Below, piece after piece: positions 1 through 11,759 of a stretch of DNA of 64,000 nucleotides. The stretch spans positions 14,322,001 through 14,386,000 of the forward strand of contig OX597820.1 in assembly GCA_951406725.2 (NCBI GenBank). The letters run 5' to 3'. The notes beneath the pieces were generated by a model. That model was not told the DNA's origin, ran no database searches, and saw only the letters and a program-made list of their open reading frames with translations. The position numbers and the translations under genes were made by a program. This stretch comes from Octopus vulgaris. Lineage: Eukaryota. How positions within the stretch are numbered: the first letter of the stretch is position 1; each line of letters starts with the position of its first letter.

Positions 1-2762
1 AGCACAGGTGCTTTATGTGTGACACTAGCATGGGTGTTTTATATGTGGAACTAACATGAGTGCTTTTCATGTAGCACCAGCACAGGTGCTTTATGTGTGA
101 CACTAGCATGGGTGTTTTATATGTGGAACCAACATGAGTGCTTTTCATGTAGCACCAGCACAGGTGCTTTATGTATGGCACTAGCATGGGTGTTTTATAT
201 GTGGCACCAACATGAGTGCTTTTCATGTAGCACCAGCACAGGTGCTTTATTTGTGGAACTAGCACGGGTGCTTTATATGTGGCACCAACATGGGTGCTTT
301 TCATGTAGCACCCGCACAGGTGCTTTATGTGTGACACTAGCATGGGTGTTTTATATGTGGAACCAACATGAGTGCATTTCATGTAGCACCAACACAGGGG
401 CTTTATGTGTGACACTAGCATGGGTGTTTTATATGTGGAACCAACATGAGTGCTTTTCATGTAGCACCAGCACAGGTGCTTTATGTGTGACACTAGCATG
501 GGTGTTTTATATGTGGAACCAACATGGTTGCTTTTCATGTAGCACCAACACAGGGGCTTTATGTGTGACACTAGCATGGGTGTTTTATATGTGGAACCAA
601 CATGAGTGCTTTTCATGTAGCACCAGCACAGGTGCTTTATGTGTGACACTAGCATGGGTGTTTTATATGTGGAACCAACATGAGTGCTTTTCATGTAGCA
701 TCAGCACAGGGGCTTTATGTGTGGCACTAGCATGGGTGTTTTATATGTGGAACCAACATGAGTGCTTTTCATGTAGCACCAACACAGGGGCTTTATGTGT
801 GGCACTAGCATGGGTGTTTTATATGTGGAACCAACATGAGTGCTTTTCATGTAGCACCAGCACAGGTGCTTTATGTGTGGCACTAGCATGGGTGTTTTAT
901 ATGTGGAACCAACATGAGTGCTTTTCATGTAGCACCAGCACAGGGGCTTTATGTGTGGCACTAGCATGGGTGTTTTATATGTGGAACCAACATGAGTGCT
1001 TTTCATGTAGCACCAATACAGGGGCTTTATGTGTGACACTAGCATGGGTGTTTTATATGTGGAACCAACATGGTTGCTTTTCACGTAGCACCAACACAGG
1101 GGCTTTATGTGTGACACTAGCATGGGTGTTTTATATGTGGAACCAACATGAGTGCTTTTCATGTAGCACCAACACAGGGGCTTTATGTGTGGCACTAGCA
1201 TGGGTGTTTTATATGTGGAACCAACATGAGTGCTTTTCATGTAGCACCAGCACAGGTGCTTTATGTGTGGCACTAGCATGGGTGTTTTATATGTGGCACC
1301 AACATGGTTGCTTTTCATGTAGCACCAGCACAGGTGCTTTATGTGTGGCACTAGCATGGGTGTTTTATATGTGGCACCAACAGAGGTGCTTTTCATGTAG
1401 CACCTGCACAGATGCTTTATGTGTGGCACTAGCATGGGTGTTTTATATGTGGAACCAACATGAGTGCTTTTCATGTAGCACCAGCACAGGTGCTTTATGT
1501 GTGGAACTAGCACGGGTGCTTTATATGTGGCACAAGCATGGGTGTTTTATATGTGACACCAACAGAGGTGCTTTTCATGTAGCACCAGCACAGGTGCTTT
1601 ATGTGTGACACTAGCATGGGTGTTTTATATGTGGAACCAACATGAGTGCTTTTCATGTAGCACCAGCACAGGTGCTTTATGTGTGGCACTAGCATGGGTG
1701 TTTTATATGTGGAACCAACATGAGTGCTTTTCATGTAGCACCAGCACAGGTGCTTTATGTGTGACACTAGCATGGGTGTTTTATATGTGGAACCAACATG
1801 AGTGCTTTTCATGTAGCACCAGAACAGGTGCTTTATGTGTGGCACTAGCATGGGTGTTTTATATGTGGAACCAACATGAGTGCTTTTCATGTAGCACCAG
1901 CACAGGTGCTTTATGTGTGGCACTAGCATGGGTGCTTTACATGTGGAACCAACATGGTTGCTTTTCATGTAGCACCAGCACAGGTGCTTTATGTGTGGCA
2001 CTAGCATGGGTGTTTTATATGTGGAACCAACATGAGTGCTTTTCATGTAGCACCAGCACAGGTGCTTTATGTGTGACACTAGCATGGGTGTTTTATATGT
2101 GGAACCAACATGAGTGCTTTTCATGTAGCACCAGCACAGGTGCTTTATGTGTGACACTAGCATGGGTGTTTTATATGTGGAACCAACATGAGTGCTTTTC
2201 ATGTAGCACCAGCACAGGTGCTTTATGTGTGGCACTAGCATGGGTGTTTTTTTATGTGGAACCAACATGAGTGCTTTTCATGTAGCACCAGCACAGGTGC
2301 TTTATGTGTGGCACTAGCATGGGTGTTTTATATGTGGAACCAACATGAGTGCTTTTCATGTAGCACCAACACAGGGGCTTTATGTGTGGCACTAGCATGG
2401 GTGTTTTATATGTGGAACCAACATGAGTGCTTTTCATGTAGCACCAGCACAGGTGCTTTATTTATGAAACTAGCATGGGTGCTTTATATGTGGCACCAAC
2501 ATGAGTGCTTTTCATGTGACACCCGCACAGATACTTTATGTATGGCACTAGCATGGGTGTTTTATATGTGGAACCAACATGAGTGCTTTTCATGTAGCAC
2601 CAGCACAGGTGCTTTATGTGTGGCACTAGCATGGGTGCTTTACATGTGGCACCGGCACCAGTGCTTCATATGTGGTAACCAACATGAGTGCTTCATACAT
2701 AGCACCAGCACGAGTGTTTTATGTGTGACACCAGCACAGATTCTTTTTTACATGGCACCAAC
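1..2762. repeat. 78-bp tandem satellite built from three related 26-bp subunits (~35 copies, open at window start)
   Basis: Unit agcacaggtgctttatgtgtgRcact / agcatgggtgttttatatgtggaacc / aacatgagtgcttttcatgtagcacc. The 26-aa periodicity of ORF 97..1608 reflects the 78-nt unit. Units degenerate after ~2450. Confidence 0.97.
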
Positions 2763-3754
2763 ACATAAAAACATAATAACTCTAAGTTCGTCTAAGACAA
2801 TGCAAGTAGCTTTAAGAGGTCAAAGTTGACTCATAACTCAGTAAATTCTACAGATTTATTCGTTGATTGTCTCCTTCAGTATTTCGTCATCATCATCATC
2901 ATCATCATCATTTAATGTCTGCTTTCCATGCTGGCATTAGAATATATAATGAATGTATTCAAAATAGGACCATTATTCAATTTAATTTATATTAATTTAT
3001 CATGAGCAAATCAATACAAGATTTATTGATAAATTAAATTAATAAGTTTGTGTACTACGAGGTGGGGAAGGGTGAATTCTGACATTTTAGGCAGGGCTTT
3101 GAAGAAAAAAATAAGAAATATGTTGGGCGCTGTAGGAAGAATTTGAATAATATCAAGAGGGAAAAATGGTATGGTTAGGCAATAGATCACTGGCTAGGGA
3201 CCAAGGATCTCCGCTTTCATCACCACCACCACCTAAAAAATAAGAGAGTGGGAGTGAGTGGGAGAGAGAGAAGATAAAATGTTTTAAGAATATGCATGCC
3301 TTTTGTTGGTATAGCTAGAGTGTGTGAGCTACCCAGGACAGCCTGTTACTTTGTCCCCTTCCACTATACATGCTTATACAGCATCCCCAAAAGGGCCATC
3401 CCTGGATTGGACTGCCTTCCTCGCCCTCATTCTTATTTCTTTACTGCCCACAAGGGGCTACACATAGAGGGGACAAACAAAGGGATTAAGTCAATTAGTC
3501 AAGAGTACCAGAGCTGTAACCTCTCAATGCAGAGAAGAAGCTTGACCAGGAGAGACTCCTTGATTTCCAAGTTGTGCACCCTGTCGAGTAACATTACTCC
3601 AGAGATCCTTTAGGGGATCCCCATTTCAGCCATTTGCATTTGGGATTGTGCCTTCATGGTCATGTGTTGGATGAGCAAATTATGAAAGAATAAAATGTAA
3701 GTTTCTGCCAAAGCAGCATGGAAAACAGACATTAGATGATGATGATGATGATAA

Positions 3755-4245
3755 TGCTTATTTGAAATCCAAGGAATTGTCTGGCACAGATATGCTAAGG
3801 AAATCTCATATATCACATGAATTTTGGCAAAGAAAATCTGAAATCCAATGCCAGGATTCTCTATTTATCCATAGTATAGCTACAGTGTTTACCACTCAGG
3901 GCACACATGCGTTTGAGTCTCACACAACAATGTCTGGACAGGTTTGTTTTTTTCTTTTTAACTTGTTGGTCGTTTTAACTAAGTTCTACCAATATTCTTT
4001 TGACCCATCAGTCACAATATAGTTTATAGTCAACTTTGTAGGTATTTTCTTCTCTGTTATCCTGTTCCAGACTCTTTTTGGCCACTACATTATTCCTCAC
4101 GAGAAGAGAATATCTGGAAGACATTCTCTTGTAGGTTGGCAATAATGCGGTTGATGTCTCCAATCCTGGTCTTGCCCAGCCTACATTTGTTGTCTGGAAA
4201 CGTTTTCCGCCTTTCATGTTGTATGTACTTGGTGGAGATCTCTTG
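3755..4245 (-). mobile_element. Decayed R4/Dong-like (RLE endonuclease) non-LTR retrotransposon fragment: CCHC knuckle and PD..D region
   Basis: Minus-strand frameshifted remnants DNKCRLGKTRIGDINRIIA / KRMSSRYSLLVRNNVVAK (cf. CRLC..E...HI..C......RHD.VAK), then EYW*N and PDIVV*D. Confidence 0.65.
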
Positions 4246-4334
4246 TATGTTTGTAGGTATATGAATGTATGTATGTACATGTTTGTGTGTATGTACGCAT
4301 ATATGTATGTTTCTCTTCTGTGTCTTGTGTTCTT

Positions 4335-4610
4335 TAATATTTTAAACCTGAGAAATGTCTCACATATTTTTACTGTTCTGCTTACAGATTGTATTTGTAA
4401 TGTGTGAATTGGTTGATTTCTTTTTCTGAAAATCCAAGCTTATCCAGACTGACAGTTAGGCATTTACTTTCAAAACCAAGTGCTCCAATTATTATTGGCA
4501 TAAATGTAAATTTGCAATCTGGATATAGAAGCTGGAGGCTTCGAAGCAGTTGTCCATAGATAACCTCTTTTTCCCTTTGATTTGAAAGAGATATTCACAT
4601 TAGTAGGACA
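4335..4610 (-). mobile_element. C-terminus of an R4/Dong-like RLE retrotransposon
   Basis: Minus strand reads EKEVIYGQLLRSLQLLYPDCKFTFMPIIIGALGF...LQIQSVSRTVKICETFLRFK. PIIIGALG is the typical RLE C-terminal motif. Followed by an (ATAC)-rich tract. Confidence 0.8.
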
Positions 4611-4774
4611 TATATATATATATATATATGTATGCATGTATGTATATATATAAATATGTATGTGTGTGTGTGTATGTATGCATGCATGTATGTATGTATG
4701 TGTGTATGTATGTGTGTGTATGTATGCATGTTTGTATTCATGTATGTAGGTGTGTATGTGTGTGTGTATGTATG

Positions 4775-4870
4775 CCATTATTCAGTTTTATTTCAAGATT
4801 TCTTGCCAATACAGAAGGAACTGGTTTCTAAACTAGATCCAAGGCTCCTTCATTGGAATTTCAACATCAA
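4775..4870 (-). mobile_element. Retroelement 3'-end fragment running into (CATA)n; second copy at 55575-55643
   Basis: cattattcagYtttatttcaagatttcttgcca...ctggtttctaaMctagatcca is shared by both loci, and both abut (TATG)n. Confidence 0.6.
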
Positions 4871-5675
4871 CAGGGTATTTCTGTACTTATGAATGTATAC
4901 ATGGAGATTTGTATGTTTTGTTTTATGTATGTATATGTGCACTGTATCTGCATACCTGTTGACATTTTAATGCAATACTACAGATACATGTTCCATGTTT
5001 AGAGCTGTTTTCTCATAGTTTGCTTCACTCTCTTTCTTTCTTATTCCTCTTCTGATTGTTCTCCATCAACCTCTTCTCCTTTTCTAGTATTTTGTAACTT
5101 GTTATAATTTGGCTAGTTTTTGGGCCAATTTTTAAATTTTCAGATTGTTAATCATTGAAATACTAAAATCTTATTGTTTGCAATATTCAATTTGACCAAA
5201 ATTACATACCTTCTGCAGGCTGTGTACATCATAATTACATTAGAACCAGGGCCAAGAGCAGATGGCAAAGCTCAAATGGCAGCTGCATAACGTTTTAATA
5301 TTTAATTATTATTATCAATAATTTCACATTATCTCTTTCTGTCTTGCTTCACATAAATTTCTACATACAAGCAGTTATACAGACATGTCTGTGTGTATAT
5401 AAATACATATATTTATATATATATATATATTTACATGCATAAACTTTTATATGCACTGGTGTATACATTTGTGCTAGTATAGGCATGTGAACACACACAC
5501 AAACACATATATATATACACACACACATAAATATATATACATACATGAATTACTACTCTTAGGTGTAGTGATACTAATAACCTGGTGTTAAAACTTAATA
5601 TACATACATAAACTATAGAATAAAACATCAGTCAAGCACAGAAGATAATGTTCTTTTGATATTTTATTTTATTTC

Positions 5676-5711
<36 letters not shown>

Positions 5712-6146
5712 ATATGTGTAATATATGTATATGTGTGTATTTATATATATAAATATGTATATATGTATGTATGTAATTATGTATATGTATGTATGTATGT
5801 AAATAGGTATATGTATGTATGTAAATGTGTATATGTATGTATGTAAATGTGTATATATATGTATGTATATAAATGTGTATATATGTATGTATGTGTGCAT
5901 ATATATACATATATATGTATGCATGTATGTGTGCATATATATATATATATATATACGTATGTATATGTATATACGTATGTATATATGAATATGTATATAT
6001 GAATATGTATTTATATATAGATGATGATGATGATGGTGATGGTGAATGCAGTGCCAGGCAGTGGCTCTCATGCCTTTTGATTTTAACTGATCGGAAGTGT
6101 TATCATGTACATTGTTTTGGCTTGGTATAAAAGAAGGAAACCGTCT

Positions 6147-6332
6147 GAAAGAGTTGCAGCAGATTCTGTGGAGGCTGTGGTTAAAGCAAAGAACGATTTT
6201 ATAGAATAAATTTACTCTTTAGTATTTCAAAATATCTTTATGTAATTTTGGTAAATATATCTGTTAAAATGAGATGTCAGCGTTATTTTCATTTTTGCGT
6301 AATTTAGATGACAGTTTATTCACCGAACCCTG
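6147..6332 (+). mobile_element. 3' end (right TIR) of the maT/Tc1-mariner family seen at 35280-36000
   Basis: Near-identical to 35810-36000 (gaataaatttactcttttagtatttcaa...gtttattcaccgaaccctg). Confidence 0.8.
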
Positions 6333-6390
6333 ATAGATCACTAGCCGCTAAAAACTTTTTTATTTTCTCTCCCTGTTTCTTTCTGTCTTC

Positions 6391-6426
6391 CTTTCTGTTG
6401 AAGAGCATAGGCTCGAAACGTAAAAG
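6391..6426 (+). ncRNA. Minimal type-I hammerhead-like motif with CUGUUGA core variant (Penelope-like terminus)
   Basis: cttt CTGTTGA a gagc-atag-gctc GAAA cg TA aaag. Related copies at 12271-12305(-), 14054-14089(-), 20736-20771(-) and 59398-59432(+). Confidence 0.55.
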
Positions 6427-6521
6427 ACTTTCTTACTTCCCAAGCATTTAACTAATACATCTGTTTATTGTTTAAACACCTGTCTTCGTCTTTGGTTTTT
6501 TTGTAAATTCTCACTATACAT

Positions 6522-6552
<31 letters not shown>

Positions 6553-7014
6553 AATATATAGAAACAGATACATGCACACAAACACACATATATATAACTG
6601 TTTAAGAATCCTAAGTCAGAAAAGACACTACACACATTGTACCACTGCATACATTCCAACTCAAAAAGAACATCAATTCTAAAATATGCATAAATTTATT
6701 TTCCATATACACTTTTCCAGAAAGCTCTTGTTGACTTGCGACATTCGCAGAGATGGTGTTTTGGTGCCAAGGGACATAAGTCTTCATGTAACCCGTGGTT
6801 GCTTTATTTTGTCACCTCCGACAATAGAGAGCAGTCGCCACATTTCATTCCATAACTGCCATCTCTTAAGAGCACAAGGTGATATAATCGGACTGCTACC
6901 TAACATCAGTCAAGCACAGAAGATAATGTTGTTTTGATATTTTATTTTATTGAACCTTCAGTGCAAAACCAGTTGGTAAGATCAACCATAATGGACATAT
7001 AATACTGTTCACTT

Positions 7015-7075
<61 letters not shown>

Positions 7076-7159
7076 CAAAAGGATATGTTATAATACTACT
7101 CTACATACACAAAAACAGCCATACCAACAATCTAACATACATATATATATATATATATA

Positions 7160-7964
7160 TCAGGTTGATTAAAAGTAAGCAACATGATGAATTTGTACTG
7201 GATTTTTGCAGAGTTTTGATTTTTTAAACATTCTTTTGCAATTGCCTGATAAAACAGACATAGACTTGCCCAAATGCATCAATAAATTAGCATTGATTTT
7301 TTTTCTTTTTCACCATTGTTACAGTCATCTAAAATAGAACTGTCAAAGCACTATATTTGAGAAATTTGGTTGTTCAACTTCAAAAAAGGACGTAGAGCAG
7401 CTGAAACTGCTCATGATATCAACGAAACATTTGGTGAGTGAATGGACAGCTTGAAAATGGTTTAAATGATTTTGCAATGAGGACTGGAGCCTTGAAGATC
7501 ATGAGTGTAGTGGACGCCCATCTGTCATTGATGACGGCCAATTAAAGACCGTCATTGGGAAAGATCCATGTAAAACCACTTAAGAACTGACAATGCTCGA
7601 CCACACATTTCACTAATGATGCTCCAGAAGTTGAGGGAAATTAGCTACGAAGTTCTTCCTAACCCAGCTTATTCTTCAGACCTTTTTCCAACTGAGTACT
7701 TCTTTTTGTAGTACCTTGACAGTTTCCTGTGAGAGAAGGAGTTCAAAAATCAAACTGATGCTGAAAGTGTGTTCAAAGAGTTCATCAGCTCCAGAACTCC
7801 AGATTTTTATGTTACCGGAATAAACAAACTTGTAACACAATGGCGAAAATGTGTTGATTGCAAAGGTACTTACGTTGATGAATAAAATTTCTGCATTGTT
7901 GAAATATAATATATTCTGGTGGATTTCATGTTTCAAAACATTGCTTACTTTTTACTCAGCCTGA
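7160..7964 (+). mobile_element. Internally deleted mariner transposon (Hsmar1/cecropia-like) with both TIRs, inserted in (TA)n
   Basis: TIRs tcaggttgattaaaagtaagcaa / ttgcttactttttactcagcctga with TA flanks. Transposase remnants: FNFKKGRRAAETAHDINETFG, WFK*FCNEDWSLEDHECSGRPS, DNARPH...YEVLPNPAYSSDL. Confidence 0.92.
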
Positions 7965-8269
7965 TATATATATCTATGTATGTGTGTGTGTGTGTGTGTG
8001 TATGTTGTGTGTATATATATATATATATATTTATAAATAAGGATAATATCGATATTTAAATATTGATATTATCAAGTGGCCAGCATGGGAATAAATACCA
8101 TACAAAGGTAATAATTTTTTACAACTATAAATAAGGGTATCTGAGAGACACCACCATGCCGAAATAGCAGTCAAAACCCTGATTCTAAAAACCACCTTAA
8201 ATGTTCATATTGCACCATGAGATAAGACAGAGAGACAAAATAAACTAGCAAAAACATATTACTGGATAA

Positions 8270-8326
8270 TCCAAGATCCTGGATTTCTAGCTTTGCTTCA
8301 AATAAGCTCTGCCTTCATCAGTTGAA
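8270..8326 (-). ncRNA. Type-I hammerhead ribozyme motif
   Basis: Minus strand: ttcaa CTGATGA aggcag agctt..aagct a GAAA tcc-a-gga TC ttgga. Stem I ttcaa/ttgga, stem III tcc/gga. Confidence 0.65.
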
Positions 8327-8653
8327 TATACCAGATGGGCACATAAATACAAATATATATATATACAGAACACACGTTATACTTACATATACGAACTTCC
8401 ATACATACATATATATGCACGTATGTACAAGGCCAGTTCAAATTGCCTGCCAACCATCTCATAAGTGCAATATGGTCAAAATAAACACCACAGTGTATAT
8501 AGTGATGAATTATATAAATTTATAAATAAGGATAATATCGATATTTAAATATCAATATTATCAAGTGGCCAGCATGGGAATAAATAACATACAAAGGTAA
8601 CCATATCACGCTTATGAGGTGGTTGGCGGGCAATTGCTTATTTTGATACATAC

Positions 8654-8685
<32 letters not shown>

Positions 8686-8908
8686 TTATGTATATACACA
8701 TATCTTCAGTATTTCACGTCCATGTTCCATGCTGGTATGTATATTTATGTAAGGATAGTGAGAAAAATTGAAACTGAGGGAAAGAGAGGAATCCCCTTTG
8801 TAGCAGAGTAAACTGATTCAATGAATTTAGCTAAGTATGTCTTTCTGTGTATATATTTACATATAAACAAATATATATATGTGTGTGTATGTATGTATGT
8901 ATGTATTC

Positions 8909-8944
<36 letters not shown>

Positions 8945-9449
8945 ATGTATTCGTGTGTGTGTGTAGGTGTTCATATTTCAATACCTGCAAGTATGTCACT
9001 TCGTATTTTTATATGTATGCGTAAATGAAGAGCAGCTTCTAATTCAACCTATCAAACCCACACTGCAGCTGGCTTCCATTCAAATAAAATTAAAAACCTG
9101 GCAAATATTAAATACATCCGCTCTCCACTTATAGATAATGAAAATGGCGGATCAATGTGTTTTTCTGTTTCTCTCTTACTACTCGAGCAAGCTTTGCAAA
9201 GACAAAACCGTTTCTATTGTTCTAAATGTCAATTTTATGCTTTCTGGCCAAACACCATGGTTGCTAGGCTTTGATAATAGTCATTATGCTCTTGTCATAT
9301 ACTGGCCTTCCATAAATTTCATTTTGTTGTATAAGTAAATCTGCAATATATCATTAGAGGTTTCAGCTTGGAAATGCGTATGTGCTTCCATGAGCACAAA
9401 TCAGTTTCTGATTATAAATACATACATACATACAAACATACATACATAC

Positions 9450-9502
<53 letters not shown>

Positions 9503-9572
9503 TGTATAAATGATGATGATGATAATGATGTATGTATATGTCTGTGTGCGTGTATATATATATATATTTATA

Positions 9573-9845
9573 GAGGAGTGGGTGTGTGGTAAATAGCTTG
9601 TTTACCAGCCACATGGTTCCGGGTTCAGTCCCACTGCATGGCACCTTGGGCAAGCGTCTTCTACTATAGCCAGGCATCCAGCAACAGGACCTCCGTAATG
9701 CCATGATGGACTGTGAAGTCTGGTGTAACATGGTAAATTCCATTGTCTCGACCACGGTCGAACAATGATGATGATGACTATAGCCTCGGACCAACCAAAG
9801 CCTTGTGAGTGGATTTGGTAGACAGAAACTGAAAGAAGCCTGTCA
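9573..9845 (+). mobile_element. SINE family A (tRNA-like head plus CORE-like segment), 5' part, interrupted by an RTE fragment
   Basis: ggagtgg.tgtgtggtaa...gggttcagtccc...ggcaccttgggcaag. The same sequence recurs more than 10 times in the window. Confidence 0.85.
9672..9776 (+). mobile_element. 5'-truncated RTE-clade LINE 3' end with (TGA)n tail and 9-bp TSD
   Basis: Encodes GIQQQDLRNAMMDCEVWCNMVNSIVSTTVEQ* followed by tgatgatgatg. Flanked by actatagcc at 9663-9671 and 9777-9785. Confidence 0.85.
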
Positions 9846-9860
9846 TATATATATATATAT

Positions 9861-10268
9861 TCTCTTTACTCTTTACTCTTTTACTTGTTTCAGTCATTTG
9901 ACTGCGGCCATGCTGGAGCACCGCCTTTAATCGAGCAACAGTGACCCCGGAACTTATTCTTTTTGTAAGCCCAGTACTTATTCTATCGGTCTCTTTTGCC
10001 GAACCGCTAAGTAACGGGGACATAAACACACCAGCATCGGTTGTCAAGCAATGCTAGGGGGACAAACACAGACACACAAACAAACACACATGCATATATA
10101 TATACATACGACAGGCTTCTTTCAGTTTCTGTCTACCAAATCCACTCACAAGGCATTGGTCGGCCCGGGGCTATAGCAGAAGACACTTGCCCAAGATGCC
10201 ACGCAGTGGGACTGAACCCGGTACCATGTGGTTGGTTAGCAAGCTACTTACCACACAGCCACTCCTGC

Positions 10269-10270
<2 letters not shown>
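9861..10270 (-). mobile_element. SINE family A, full length
   Basis: Reverse complement of the head, internal (TA/TG)n spacer and tail ...atgactgaaacaagtaaaagagtaaagagta. Confidence 0.9.
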
Positions 10271-10312
<42 letters not shown>

Positions 10313-10459
10313 ATTATTATTATATGTAGAAAAATACAAACTGGGACAAGAACGCAAAACACTTAGAAGACGATACAAAAAACACGGACAGGACATTCGA
10401 AGCCCTCAATCTTCAGTCAAGAACCGGATCATCGTAGCAATTTCGGCTGATCACTTTGA

Positions 10460-10752
10460 CCGACCAGGCTATCAGATGTTACTACACATCACTGCTCACA
10501 ATGCGTTTCGCATTGTTTTAGCCTTCAAATGACGCCACCCTGCTTGCTAAGCGAGCAGACCAACAGAAGAAAGAGTGAGAGAAAGTTGTGGTGAAAGAGT
10601 ACAACAGGGATCACCACCACCCACTGCCAGAGCCTCATGGAGCTTTAGGTGTTTTCACTCAATAAACACTCACAACGCCTGGTCTGGGAATTGAAACCAC
10701 AATCCTACAAACGCAAGTCCACTGCCCTAACCACAGGGCCATTGCATCTCCC
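10460..10752 (-). mobile_element. SINE family E (tRNA-like head); second copy at 26996-27198 (+)
   Basis: ggag.tgcaatggccc..tggttagggcag...ggtttc.attcccagaccagg.gttgtgagtgtttattgag is shared by both copies; A-box/B-box-like motifs. Confidence 0.8.
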
Positions 10753-11004
10753 ATATATACATATATATATATATGTGTTTGTGTGTGTGTTTGTGCGTCT
10801 GTGTTTGTCTCCCACCATCGCTTGACATCCGATGGTGGCATGCCTATGTTCCGGTAACTTAGTAGTTCAGCAAAATAGACTGATAGAATAAGTACTAGGC
10901 TAACAAAGAATAAGTCCTGGGGTCGATTTGTTCAACTAAAGGTGGTGCTGCAGCATGGCCACAGTGAAATGACTGGAACAAATAAAAGAATATGTATATA
11001 TGTT

Positions 11005-11180
11005 TCATCTTCATCATCATCATTTAACATCCGTTTTCCATGTTGGCATGGATTGGACAGTTTGACTGAGGACTGGCGAATCAGATGGCTGCACCAGGCT
11101 CCAATCTGTTCAGGCAAAGTTTCTACTGCTGGATGCCCTTCCTAATGCCAACCACTCTGAGAGTGTAGTGGGTGCTTTTT
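11005..11180 (-). mobile_element. SINE-like family C with (ATG)n tail; other copies at ~14290-14460, 23125-23385, 44960-45275, 45845-46058, 47811-48000 and 52976-53150
   Basis: Shared ggttggcRttaggaagggcatccagc...ccatgcYagcatggaaaacggacgttaaa(tga)n. The tail type suggests an RTE partner (inference). Confidence 0.8.
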
Positions 11181-11251
11181 ATGTTTATATATGTGTATAT
11201 ATATTTATATATATATGTATACATCTATCTATCTATATATGTGTGTGATGG

Positions 11252-11592
11252 TGACCCCCTTCGGTCAGACACTGACCATGGTTTTGCACCTAGAGAGTTA
11301 CCCTCTAAGGCACAAGTCTGGGCAAGGTTGTTTTGTTATGGAAGACCAGCAGTTGCCCATGCATACCGGCCTCCCCTCTCCACGTCACTGATGTTGTCCA
11401 AGGGAAAGGCAAGGGCCGATACAGCTTGGCACCTGTGACGTCGCAACTCATTTCTACAGCTGAGTGAACTGGAGCAACGTGAAATAAAGTGTCTTGCTCA
11501 AGAACACAACACGCAGCCCGGTCTGGGATTCAAGCTCACAACCTCACGATCGTAAGCTCGACGCTCTAACCACTGAGCCATGCGCCTTCACA
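11252..11592 (-). mobile_element. SINE family D (tRNA head plus CORE-like domain); partial copies at 22645-22850 and ~13205-13330
   Basis: Minus strand: ggcgcatggctcagtggttagagcgtcgagcttacgatcgtgaggttgtgagcttgaatccc...ttgtgttcttgagcaagacact. Confidence 0.85.
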
Positions 11593-11638
<46 letters not shown>

Positions 11639-11759
11639 ATATATATATATATATATAAGGGAAGAAAATGGATACAAAGGCAATGGGAAACTCGTGGTTT
11701 ACGCTGGTATGTCTTTAATTAAATAGGTGACAAAGAAGAAAGAAGCAGAGATGAGGGTG

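Noticed and set aside
1-2762. CRISPR-like array
   Set aside because: No unique spacers, no cas genes, and a eukaryotic context; it is a pure tandem repeat.
97-2829. Long Cys/Trp-rich ORFs (503, 270, 253, 221 and 191 aa)
   Set aside because: These are translations of a 78-bp satellite, open on both strands and broken by frameshifts, with no unique domain.
5211-5283. Minus-strand coding exon with AAG|GTATGT donor
   Set aside because: Stops in all three frames, with no linking evidence.
9138-9150. YY1-like AAAATGGCGG motif (and ETS-like CCGGAAGT at ~23579) as promoters
   Set aside because: Single short motifs without a CpG island or supported downstream gene.
11510-11592. Functional tRNA gene (also 22554-22620 and 26996-27070)
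   Set aside because: These tRNA-like heads run into SINE bodies and lack a complete cloverleaf.
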